DNA of 32,000 bases from Telmatocola sphagniphila (lineage in GTDB: Bacteria; Planctomycetota; Planctomycetia; Gemmatales; Gemmataceae), in contig NZ_CP074694.1 in assembly GCF_018398935.1 (NCBI RefSeq), positions 2,820,001 through 2,852,000 on the forward strand, in the 5' to 3' direction. Made by a program: the position numbers and the translations under genes. Below the pieces are notes generated by a model, which had not been told where the DNA came from, searched no databases, and was given only the letters and a program-made list of their open reading frames with translations. Shown here one piece after another: positions 1 through 10,325 of this stretch (positions are counted from its first letter, which is position 1; every line of letters begins with the position of its first letter).

Positions 1-396
1 GAATTGAAACAACTGTCGGAAGCCCTGCCTTTCAACGGCAATTTCGAACGGCGCCGGTATCGCTTTACGCTCGAACGCTTTCGCAAGATGGCGGATGCCG
101 GCTGGAATTTGGAGATTCTGGATCGCTGGTGCCGCGAACGAAGCGGCCAGAGCGTTTCCGCCTCGGCCAGCTTACTGTTCGCGCCGCCACTGAATCTCAG
201 TCTGTCGGCGATCGAAAAATTGGTGATCGCCCTTCCGAGCGATCACATTGCCGATGCCTTGATGCAGTGGCCCACTACGCATCATCTGATCGAGGCTCGT
301 CTCGGGCCTCGCATGCTGAGTGTCAGCGCCGAAAAGATCGGCGCTTTGAAAACCGAATTGCAAAAGATCGGCATCGAATTGAAACGCGAACTGTAA
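1..396 (+). CDS. 3' part of a gene that starts upstream of the window; hypothetical protein
   Basis: Frame 1 is open from base 1 (gaa ttg aaa ...) to TAA at 394-396. The track entry 4..396 merely begins at the first TTG. No motif I can name. Confidence 0.5.
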   Translation, partial: ELKQLSEALPFNGNFERRRYRFTLERFRKMADAGWNLEILDRWCRERSGQSVSASASLLFAPPLNLSLSAIEKLVIALPSDHIADALMQWPTTHHLIEARLGPRMLSVSAEKIGALKTELQKIGIELKREL

Positions 397-402
397 AGCG
401 AA

Positions 403-756
403 TCAAGAAACCCACTCAGGCGGTGGGGCGATCGCATCGGTCGGTCGCTTTCCGGCGTCCGGTCGGCCGCTGGTTTTCAGGTGATTAAGCACGCGAACGG
501 TCATGTCCCCTTCACACTGAATCTGGCAGCTCAGTCGTCCGGATGTAATCCCCCTGGCCTGCAGGATTTCCTTTTCCGCCTTGGTCCATCGACTGGGTTC
601 CCCGGAAACAAATTCGACCCGACACGTGGTACACCGGGCGTTCCCGCCGCAGGCATGCAGGGCATCGACGCCGGCTTCATCCGTAATGGCCAGGATTAAT
701 CGCTTGCCTTCGGGCACTTCCACCGCAGGTCCATTTTCGATAATTAACTTCGGCAT
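403..756 (-). CDS. 2Fe-2S ferredoxin (117 aa)
   Basis: Track ORF 403..924 trimmed to the ATG at 754-756 (MPKLIIENG...). GGAG (rc of 763-766) lies 6 nt upstream. The Cys layout HACGGNARCTTCRV...LSCQ is C-x5-C-x2-C-x31-C, typical of 2Fe-2S ferredoxins. Confidence 0.8.
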   Translation of the reverse strand: MPKLIIENGPAVEVPEGKRLILAITDEAGVDALHACGGNARCTTCRVEFVSGEPSRWTKAEKEILQARGITSGRLSCQIQCEGDMTVRVLNHLKTSGRPDAGKRPTDAIAPPPEWVS

Positions 757-938
757 TTTTTTCTCCGATTGTTCAGTAGCTCTGTTGCTTATGATAGGCA
801 ATTCGCCAAGATAAAAATCTGAGAGGATTCCTCGGAACCGCTGTTTTGATTGCCCGCTCCTGCTCAATGGAGGCCCTACCGGCCGGAGCGGTGACAAATC
901 TCGACCCGCAAAACTTTGGATCAACGGTAGTACTCTTC

Positions 939-2768
939 ATGAATCTGGACAAATTGATGACTGAAAGCAGGAATCCTGCTTCACTCGAAATTCACGATCT
1001 TTCTGCTCTCGACCTCGCCCTATTAATGATAACTGAAGAGGCTCAAGTCCTCCCGGCGATCCGCTTCGAAGTTTCGAAAATCGCCCAGGCCATCGAATTA
1101 ATTTCCGATAGACTGCGTTCCGGCGGCCGCTTAATCTTTCTGGGAGCCGGAACTTCAGGCAGAGTCGGGGCTCTGGTTGCAACCGATTGTCAAACGGTTT
1201 TTGGCACCTCTGCGGAATTGGTTCAAGCCGTCATCGCGGGAGGTCCTTCGGCTTTGAGTTCCGATCGGCCAGAAATCGAAGATCACCCGGAACAAGCCGA
1301 GATCGATCTCAAACAAATTGGCTTAAGTGCTCAGGATGTGCTGGTAGCCACTTCCGCCAGCGGTTGCACTCCGTACGTTCTCGGGGGGCTGAAATATGCC
1401 CGTTCCGTCGCCGCTCTTTCAATCAGCTTGACCTGCACTCCAAATGCCAGCGTGACCCCGCTTTCCGACCTGGTCTTGGAGTCGATTGTGGGACCCGAAG
1501 TGCTTACCGGGGCCACACACTTGAAAGCAGCCACGGCCCATAAAATTGTGCTGAATCTGTTGACCACTGGTTCGATGATCCGACTCGGCCGGACACACGG
1601 AAATCTTCTGGTGGAAACCCGGCCGCTCAATTACAAATTGCGATCTCGCTCCAATCGAATTCTGAGAGCGATCGCCGGGACGACAGAACAGGAAGCCCAT
1701 TCGCTTTTGGAAACTGTTTCGGGAGATTTGAAAACCGCGATAGTCTGTTCCCTTCAAAATGTACCTCAGCAGGAAGCTCGTCTGCTGCTCCTGAAGCATT
1801 CCGGCAAAATTCAATCGGTACTTGGCCGGAACCCCATCCCACTAAACAAATTCGATTATCTGATCGGAATTGACGGCGGCGGGACCAAAACGCACGCCTT
1901 GATATGCGACCTGGAAGGTAGAACCCTGGCGGAAGGCTTCGCCGGGCCTTCGAATATGCAATCGGTCGGCATCTCCAAGGCCACTCACGCACTAGAGGAG
2001 GCCGTGCGACAAGCCTTCGGCAAGCTGGGACAACCTCAAGGCAAGGTGCGATACGCTTGTCTAGGGCTGGCGGGCATCACGAGAGCCGAAGATGAAAAGT
2101 TGATTCTGGAGTGGGCCGAGCGCTTCCAGCTTGCGGATCGTACCAGAGTATGTAACGACGCGGATATTCTGCTGGCCTGCGGGGATCGCCCGAATCGCAT
2201 TGCCGTGATCGCGGGAACCGGTTCCGCGGTACTGGCCGAGGATGTGAGAGGAAATCGCATCCACGTCGGCGGTTGGGGGCCGATTCTCGGTGACGAAGGG
2301 AGCGCCTATCACATCGCCATCTCGGCGCTGCGACTCATCCTCGAACGTCAGGATCAGGGCAGGAAATTATCGTTCTTTCAGGAATCCATCCTGAAGGAGA
2401 TGGGACTGACCGAACCTTCCCAGATCATTTCGGCCATTCACCGCCAGGGCTGGGATAAGCGTAAAATTTCCGATCTGGCGGGTGCGATTCTCCGATTTGC
2501 GGAATCGGATCCCGATGCCTTCCTGATCGCAAAGCGTTGTTCGAATTGCCTGGTCGATCAGATTGTGGCCATCCGGGCTCGTATGAAAATGGACGGTAAG
2601 CAATCGCAATTGCTGATGACCGGCGGTCTCCTCGAGAAATCCGATGTTTATCGCGGCATGCTACTGGACGAACTGACCGGTTTGGGACAGCTGGGAGATC
2701 AGGCACTGCTCATCAGTAATGCCACCAAGGGCGCGGTACGTCTCGCTCGGGAAATGCTCGTCGTTTAA
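939..2768 (+). CDS. murQ: Fusion protein: N-acetylmuramic acid-6-phosphate etherase (MurQ, SIS domain) fused to a BadF/BadG/BcrA/BcrD-type N-acetyl-sugar kinase (NagK/MurK-like)
   Basis: From MNLDKLMTESRNPAS the N-terminal ~300 aa follow the MurQ pattern as I remember it, including GRLIFLGAGTSGR. After the linker RNPIPLNKFD, the C-terminal ~300 aa start YLIGIDGGGTKTH and contain IAGTGS and GGWGPILGDEGS (ASKHA/BadF-type kinase motifs). Start moved from 846 to ATG 939, which matches the family N-terminus. Confidence 0.8.
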   Translation: MNLDKLMTESRNPASLEIHDLSALDLALLMITEEAQVLPAIRFEVSKIAQAIELISDRLRSGGRLIFLGAGTSGRVGALVATDCQTVFGTSAELVQAVIAGGPSALSSDRPEIEDHPEQAEIDLKQIGLSAQDVLVATSASGCTPYVLGGLKYARSVAALSISLTCTPNASVTPLSDLVLESIVGPEVLTGATHLKAATAHKIVLNLLTTGSMIRLGRTHGNLLVETRPLNYKLRSRSNRILRAIAGTTEQEAHSLLETVSGDLKTAIVCSLQNVPQQEARLLLLKHSGKIQSVLGRNPIPLNKFDYLIGIDGGGTKTHALICDLEGRTLAEGFAGPSNMQSVGISKATHALEEAVRQAFGKLGQPQGKVRYACLGLAGITRAEDEKLILEWAERFQLADRTRVCNDADILLACGDRPNRIAVIAGTGSAVLAEDVRGNRIHVGGWGPILGDEGSAYHIAISALRLILERQDQGRKLSFFQESILKEMGLTEPSQIISAIHRQGWDKRKISDLAGAILRFAESDPDAFLIAKRCSNCLVDQIVAIRARMKMDGKQSQLLMTGGLLEKSDVYRGMLLDELTGLGQLGDQALLISNATKGAVRLAREMLVV

Positions 2769-2836
2769 TTTTCGCTGAAAAGATGAATCGATTCGCTTAT
2801 CCGAATGCTTTTCTCTCCAGGCAACACTTAAAATGA

Positions 2837-2872
2837 GGTGGGGACTGGAAATTGGATCGTCCAGTCCCCACC
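2837..2872 (+). terminator. Strong GC-rich hairpin downstream of the murQ fusion; possible terminator, no U-tract
   Basis: ggtggggactgga (2837-2849) pairs perfectly with tccagtccccacc (2860-2872): 13-bp stem, 10-nt loop, 69 nt after the stop at 2768. It is followed by agtgccaag, not a T-run. Confidence 0.35.
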
Positions 2873-2943
2873 AGTGCCAAGAGAGAATGAGTGAGCTCCC
2901 TTTACGGTACACTAGTTCTGAAAAATAGTCAACATGGGAGCAT

Positions 2944-3492
2944 ATGAACCGAGACCCCAGGCACAATTCAACTCCCGCATTTGACAGGAGAAGTATGCTA
3001 GCAGGAATCGCCAAAATGCTGCCGAGCGACTGGATAGCGGTAGAAAGTATCTACCGGGAAGGGATTGCGACGGGTAACGCCACTTTTGCTACCGATCCTC
3101 CTTCCTGGAAGGAATGGGATCTCGCGCATTTGCCGAGCTGTCGACTGGTGGCCAAAATGGACTCTGAAACTGTTGGCTGGGCGGCGGCCTCCTCTGTCTC
3201 TAGTCGTTGCGTCTATGCAGGCGTGGCGGAAATCAGCATTTACGTTAGCGCACGAGTTCGTGGTCAAGGAGTAGGCAAGCAGTTATTGAACCGTCTCATC
3301 GAGGAGTCCGAGCAGAATAATTTATGGACGCTCCAGGCCGGCATTTTCCCAGAAAATCTGGCGAGCATCGCTCTTCATAGGTCGTGCGGATTCCGGGAGG
3401 TCGGACGACGGGAACGCCTGGGATCCCTGAACGGCGTCTGGCGGGATGTGTTGCTTTTTGAGCGCCGAAGTCGATTGTTAAATTTTGTTTAG
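2944..3492 (+). CDS. GNAT family N-acetyltransferase, phosphinothricin acetyltransferase (PAT)-like
   Basis: IYREGIATGNATF...GWAAASSVSSRCVYAGVAEISIYVSARVRGQGVGKQLL...LWTLQAGIFPENLASIALHRSCGFREVG follows the PAT/GNAT layout, with R-G-Q-G-V-G as the acetyl-CoA loop. The real start may be ATG 2995 or 3016. Confidence 0.75.
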   Translation: MNRDPRHNSTPAFDRRSMLAGIAKMLPSDWIAVESIYREGIATGNATFATDPPSWKEWDLAHLPSCRLVAKMDSETVGWAAASSVSSRCVYAGVAEISIYVSARVRGQGVGKQLLNRLIEESEQNNLWTLQAGIFPENLASIALHRSCGFREVGRRERLGSLNGVWRDVLLFERRSRLLNFV

Positions 3493-3668
3493 ATAATTAT
3501 GTTACGCTGATATAAGTTCAGAAGTTATTCTCTTGCAAGAATGCATTTTCATAAAATATTCATTAATTAAAAGCGCATCATTTCATTGGAAATTGCAACT
3601 TTTTACGTAACAATAGAGTTTGTTTAATTTTTCTTATACAAATTCCCTGCGCCCCTTATGGTGTTAAA

Positions 3669-3998
3669 TTGTTAATTCCCAATCGGTTCGCAATTGTGAT
3701 GGTGCTGACAGTTTTTGGTTTACTAATCGCCAGCAGTAACGCCATGGCCTATATCGGGCCGGGTTCCGGGATGGAGTTCATCGGCTATGCCATGGGACTC
3801 CTGGTAATGCTCGGCGCCGCATTTTTCAGCATGCTGATGTGGCCGGTCTACACCGTATTGCGTTGGATTCGCGGCCCGAAACTTCCCACTGTGGCCGAAC
3901 AAAAAACCGATGACTCGATTTTAACTCCTCCGACAGCCCCAATCGAAAATTCGACGGAATCCGAACCGGCAAAAACGAATTCCCCGGTAGTGGGATGA
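3669..3998 (+). CDS. Small membrane protein (two hydrophobic segments, Pro/Thr/Ser-rich tail)
   Basis: TTG start at 3669 (alternative ATG at 3699). Hydrophobic stretches VMVLTVFGLLIASS and YAMGLLVMLGAAFFSMLMW. Its stop overlaps the next gene start (ATGA at 3995-3998), suggesting translational coupling. Confidence 0.5.
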   Translation: MLIPNRFAIVMVLTVFGLLIASSNAMAYIGPGSGMEFIGYAMGLLVMLGAAFFSMLMWPVYTVLRWIRGPKLPTVAEQKTDDSILTPPTAPIENSTESEPAKTNSPVVG

Positions 3999-5164
3999 CA
4001 ACATCCGTAAGTGCTCCTCGAGTGAATCCCCGCCCAAAACCGAGCGTCGGAAAGGATTCGCCCTTTTACGTTTCGCCTACACTCGATTATCTCAGTCGTC
4101 TGGTAACTCGCTTTCCCAATCTCTGGTTGAGATTGGGAAGTTTGGAATCATCGCTTCTCGCTCCCCGACTGTCCAGAATCAACATCACTCAGCCAATTTA
4201 CATCTGTGGCTTGGCCCGATCGGGTAGCACGCTTCTGCATGAAATTCTCAGCTCCCATTCCAGTGTCGGCACGCACCGCATAAAAGATTACCCTTTCATT
4301 TCGACTCCCTACTGGTGGCGCACGGCCACAGCTTTCAATCGCGCTACGAGTCTCCGGGAACGTCCGCACCGCGATACGATGATGGTTTCTTCGGAAAGTC
4401 CAGATGCCATCGAAGAGATGCTTTGGATGGCCTTCTTTCCACAAGGACACAATCCTCAAATCGATAATCGACTGACCGCTCGGGAGCGCAATCCGAAATT
4501 CGATTCCTATTACCAGAATCATCTCCGCAAATTACTACTCGCGGAAAAAGCCACTCGCTATGTCGCCAAGGCAAACTACCACATCGCGAGATTAGAATAC
4601 CTGTTGCAACTTTTCCCCGATGCCCGATTTGTCATTCCCGTCCGAAGTCCCATCAGCCATATTGGCTCTCTCGCTCGGCAGCACGAATGGTTCTCCCAGG
4701 GTCACCGTCAAGTTCCTCAGTCTCTGGCAGTCATGCAGCGATCGGGGCACTTCGAGTTCGGTCTGGATCGCCGTCCGATCCATCTGGGGAATTCGGAACT
4801 CCTCCAGCAAATCAGGAGGGCCTGGGAGAGCGGGGAAGAAACGCTCGGCTGGTCGATCTACTGGGATATGGTCTATCGCTATCTGGCGGACTTGCTCGAT
4901 TCTCATGAAGGGGTGAGAAAAGCCTCCCTAGTCGTTCGATTCGATGAACTCTGTGAAGAACCGCAGCGGGTGCTGAAGGATGTTTTTGAGCATTGCAGGC
5001 TGACGGATTATCTGACGATACTCGACAAATATGTGCCGACGATTCATAGACCGAATTATTACGAATCGCCTTTTTCCCCAAGTGATCTCGCGCAGATCCG
5101 AAACCAAACGGATCAGACGGCCGAACGCTGGGGGTGTCCCAAACGAAATGTCGACCCGAAATAA
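3995..5164 (+). CDS. PAPS-type sulfotransferase family protein
   Basis: CGLARSGSTLLHEILSSH resembles the 5'-phosphosulfate-binding loop of bacterial sulfotransferases (R-S-G-S-T). Size 389 aa, with no signal peptide. Confidence 0.7.
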   Translation: MTTSVSAPRVNPRPKPSVGKDSPFYVSPTLDYLSRLVTRFPNLWLRLGSLESSLLAPRLSRINITQPIYICGLARSGSTLLHEILSSHSSVGTHRIKDYPFISTPYWWRTATAFNRATSLRERPHRDTMMVSSESPDAIEEMLWMAFFPQGHNPQIDNRLTARERNPKFDSYYQNHLRKLLLAEKATRYVAKANYHIARLEYLLQLFPDARFVIPVRSPISHIGSLARQHEWFSQGHRQVPQSLAVMQRSGHFEFGLDRRPIHLGNSELLQQIRRAWESGEETLGWSIYWDMVYRYLADLLDSHEGVRKASLVVRFDELCEEPQRVLKDVFEHCRLTDYLTILDKYVPTIHRPNYYESPFSPSDLAQIRNQTDQTAERWGCPKRNVDPK

Positions 5165-5213
5165 TTAAGCCCCTATTATCTAGTATCATTGCAAAAGCAT
5201 CTGGTGAAACTGT

Positions 5214-6614
5214 ATGTCAACTTCAAACACTCCGAAAGCCAACAATACCCGTCCCACGGCTAACTCCGCACGACTGGCAATACTCAAGAAGCTTTCTCTG
5301 GTGGCTTTCGTCTTCGGTTTTGCGATATTTCTGTTCATCGCCGGTGCGATTGTCATGTTCTTTCAGATTCCCCCAGCGGAGATTCTGGAAAAGGCCTTCA
5401 TTGGTATCCGCGCCGTCATCGAGAGAAGCGACAGCGACGCCCCCGTGTTACTGGACGATTTGCCACAATCGGAAAAAAAAATCGACATAGCCACCAAAAC
5501 AGCGGACGGCTACACGCTATGCACCTTCGCCGACGGGGCGAACAGTTCCAATTCGAGTGCTTATCTTCTGGACATGAAACAGAAAACGGTTCACCGCTGG
5601 GCCATGCCCTTCAGCAAAATCTGGCCTAAGCCGCAGCATGTCCCGACTCCGGTGAAGGATATCTACGTGTCGTTTTTCGGCTGCCATCTATTCCCTAACG
5701 GCGATCTGCTCGTCGTTCTCCATGGAGTGCAGCAGACGGCGGTAGGTTATGGTCTGATCAAGCTCGACAAAGATTCGAAATTAATCTGGAGTTATGCCGC
5801 CGGCGTTCACCATAGCGTCGATGTAGCATCGGATGGAACAATTTATGCCCTTCAGCACGACATCGCGAAGACTATGCCTGAAGGTCTACAGTTCATTCCC
5901 ACCCCCTGTCTGGTCGATTCGGTGATAGCTTTAACCCCCGATGGAATCTTGAAGAATCAGCCAATTTCCATTCTGGAAGCTTTTCGAGACTCGCCCTACG
6001 CCGCGATCCTTCAATCGTTGGAACCCGCGAAAACGAAGAAGGAGCAGGCGGGTCCGCTCACCGTGCAACGCTTCGATGACAAGACGCGTAAACAGGACGC
6101 CGTGCATGCGAATACAGTGCAGGTACTGACACCGGAACTGGCTCAGAAATTTCCATTCCTGAAGGCGGGCCAACTTTTGTTGACCTTGCGGAATCTGGAC
6201 ACAATAGCGGTACTCGATCCTGAATCCCGCAAGATCGTCTGGGCCGCGCGCGGCCCATGGCAGGCGGAACACGATGCCAATTTTCTGACGAATGGCCATC
6301 TGCTTTTGTTCGACAATCAGGGCGTAACGAAGGGCTCGCGGATTATGGAATACGATCCCAGCACTCAAGGATTTCCTTGGGTCTACTCGGGAGAAAACTG
6401 GCCCTCCTTTTACTCCAGCGAGCGTGGGATGTGTCAACGTTTTACCAATGGAAATACTCTAGTGGTCAACTCCTGGAATGGAGAGATCCTGGAACTCACC
6501 AAAGACAAAGAAGTGGTGTGGGACTATACCCCGCACCGGTTCATCGCCTTTGCGCATCGCTATATGCCTGAGCAGGTTCCTTTTCTGCCCGCTGGGACTA
6601 AGCCCAGACCTTGA
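5214..6614 (+). CDS. Membrane-anchored arylsulfotransferase (ASST)-like beta-propeller protein
   Basis: N-terminal TM anchor LSLVAFVFGFAIFLFIAGAIVMFF. Repetitive beta-rich body with DAVHANTVQVL, LLTLRNLDTIAVLDPESRKIVW and NSWNGEILELTKDKEVVWDY, which I associate with ASST-family propellers. Family call is from memory only. Confidence 0.45.
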   Translation: MSTSNTPKANNTRPTANSARLAILKKLSLVAFVFGFAIFLFIAGAIVMFFQIPPAEILEKAFIGIRAVIERSDSDAPVLLDDLPQSEKKIDIATKTADGYTLCTFADGANSSNSSAYLLDMKQKTVHRWAMPFSKIWPKPQHVPTPVKDIYVSFFGCHLFPNGDLLVVLHGVQQTAVGYGLIKLDKDSKLIWSYAAGVHHSVDVASDGTIYALQHDIAKTMPEGLQFIPTPCLVDSVIALTPDGILKNQPISILEAFRDSPYAAILQSLEPAKTKKEQAGPLTVQRFDDKTRKQDAVHANTVQVLTPELAQKFPFLKAGQLLLTLRNLDTIAVLDPESRKIVWAARGPWQAEHDANFLTNGHLLLFDNQGVTKGSRIMEYDPSTQGFPWVYSGENWPSFYSSERGMCQRFTNGNTLVVNSWNGEILELTKDKEVVWDYTPHRFIAFAHRYMPEQVPFLPAGTKPRP

Positions 6615-6746
6615 GATAGAAATGGACTCTTCGGCGGAAATCGACTTAGAGTTTCCGCTCCTGATGAGGGAATGTTTGGACTCCTGGATCGGATAGATGC
6701 AAGGTAAAAATCGCCGAAAAATTCCAGCTGTGGACGATCTTCGCAC

Positions 6747-6845
6747 GTGCCCGAACCAATCGGTATCATCTTACTTTCAGCCGGATTGATTGGTGTGTGG
6801 GCGGTTTATCGCAAGCGTCTCCGCAATTATGCCAGTGCCGCCTGA
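6747..6845 (+). other. Orphan PEP-CTERM-like sorting tail without a mature domain (probable gene remnant)
   Basis: Translates as VPEPIGIILLSAGLIGVWAVYRKRLRNYASAA*: a PEP motif, a hydrophobic helix and a basic cluster. The frame is open only from 6708, and the only possible start is the GTG at 6747. Confidence 0.4.
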
Positions 6846-6949
6846 AAGTGCTCGCACAACTGCCCTTCAACCGAATTTTTCCGTAAACTAGCAACGCCTT
6901 CAATTTTTGCATCCCACTCGCCTCCATAGTTTCCCGTTATGTGTCCTAT

Positions 6950-6967
6950 AGCCAATATCAATTGGCT
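6950..6967. promoter_or_regulatory. 18-bp palindrome AGCCAAT-atca-ATTGGCT upstream of katG; candidate operator
   Basis: Perfect 7-bp arms (6950-6956 and 6961-6967), 83 bp upstream of the katG ATG. Confidence 0.3.
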
Positions 6968-7040
6968 GTTGCCTCGACATGCGGCCTAAGATGGTTGCAA
7001 TGACAGGTATTCAATCCAGTTTTTTCTCTCCAGATAATGA

Positions 7041-9428
<2,388 letters not shown>

Positions 9429-9480
9429 GCTTTTTTTAAGTTTAGCCGAGATTTTCTTATTGGTTTCGACAAATCGGAAG

Positions 9481-9516
9481 AGCGTAAGATCATATGGGCG
9501 ATTATGATCTTACGCT
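9481..9516. repeat. Palindromic intergenic element, copy 1 (second copy at 21664-21699)
   Basis: agcgtaagatcata (9481-9494) pairs perfectly with tatgatcttacgct (9503-9516): 14-bp stem, 8-nt loop. 32 of 36 positions are identical to the element at 21664-21699. Confidence 0.7.
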
Positions 9517-9545
9517 GTCATTGCCGAAATGCTTACGACTCTTAA

Positions 9546-10325
9546 TTAGGAAGCTAAGGCCGCTTTTTCTCCTGAACGCTTCCTTCGCCACTGAAACAAT
9601 CCCCAACTGCCTACTCCAATAAAGAGTAAAGTTCCAGGTTCGGGAACTGGTGTGAATAAGAGAACAAGTCCCTCCCCCGAAACGGCGGACAAGCTAAAGG
9701 AGCCACCGCTCAAGTCATTCTGGAAATGAGTGGTATCCAGCAGATAGGTATCCGAAGTGAAACCGGATACCACACCGGTTACCGAAGCAATCATCAGAGA
9801 ATAACTTTTAGTCTTGTCGAAATTGGCCAGCCCGGGATTATTTGCAGTGTCGAGACTGGTCAAATCAATCACTAACGGCTTAGCGGTGCTGCCTGAATTT
9901 GTTAAATCCCCATTGACAACCAACCGATCGTAATCGACTCCTGACGTTCCTGACGCATCTCGAATTTCAACTTGAAATCGGCTTCCCGGGTTGAACTGCA
10001 CTTGCCCAGTTACAGTCAATTTTCCTGGACTGTTACCCGGCGCGAGAGTAGAGTCAGGTCCAATAGCGAGCACACCCACTTGGGCATTACCGGAACCTTT
10101 CAAGATCGAATCCGCACCGCTGATTGTGTAGGTTTTCGTCGCCTTTAGGTTGCCATTCGCGGTCGTTACACCAGCGGTCTGAAGCAGCGAATCCGTCTCA
10201 AAAGTACTATCTGTGCCAATAGATAAAGTTCCCGCCGATTGCGTCTGACCGGTGAATTTAACGCTGCTGTTCTTAAGGTTTACGGTGGAATTTTTAAGCA
10301 GTTGCGCTTCATTACCAGTCACTAG
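9546..10325 (-). pseudogene. C-terminal fragment of a beta-helical repeat surface protein with a PEP-CTERM anchor, cut off by IS insertion
   Basis: No signal peptide; the apparent GTG start is simply the first codon after the IS. Ends TPVPEPGTLLFIGVGSWGLFQWRRKRSG (PEP-CTERM). Its frame joins 12179-14748 exactly once the IS and one target-duplication copy are removed. Confidence 0.8.

Noticed and set aside
757-924. The 56-codon N-terminal extension of the ferredoxin ORF (track entry 403..924).
   Set aside because: The extension is Pro/Arg/Ser-rich junk-like sequence. It overlaps the divergent murQ upstream region and lacks an RBS. The internal ATG at 756 has GGAG at ideal spacing and gives a normal-size ferredoxin.
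846-938. The upstream start of the murQ fusion ORF (track start 846).
   Set aside because: The MurQ family N-terminus aligns with the Met at 939. The extra 31 codons have no counterpart and would crowd the divergent promoter region.
9429-9445. The T-run (gcttttttt) right after the katG stop as an intrinsic terminator.
   Set aside because: I could not find a stem immediately upstream of the T-run.
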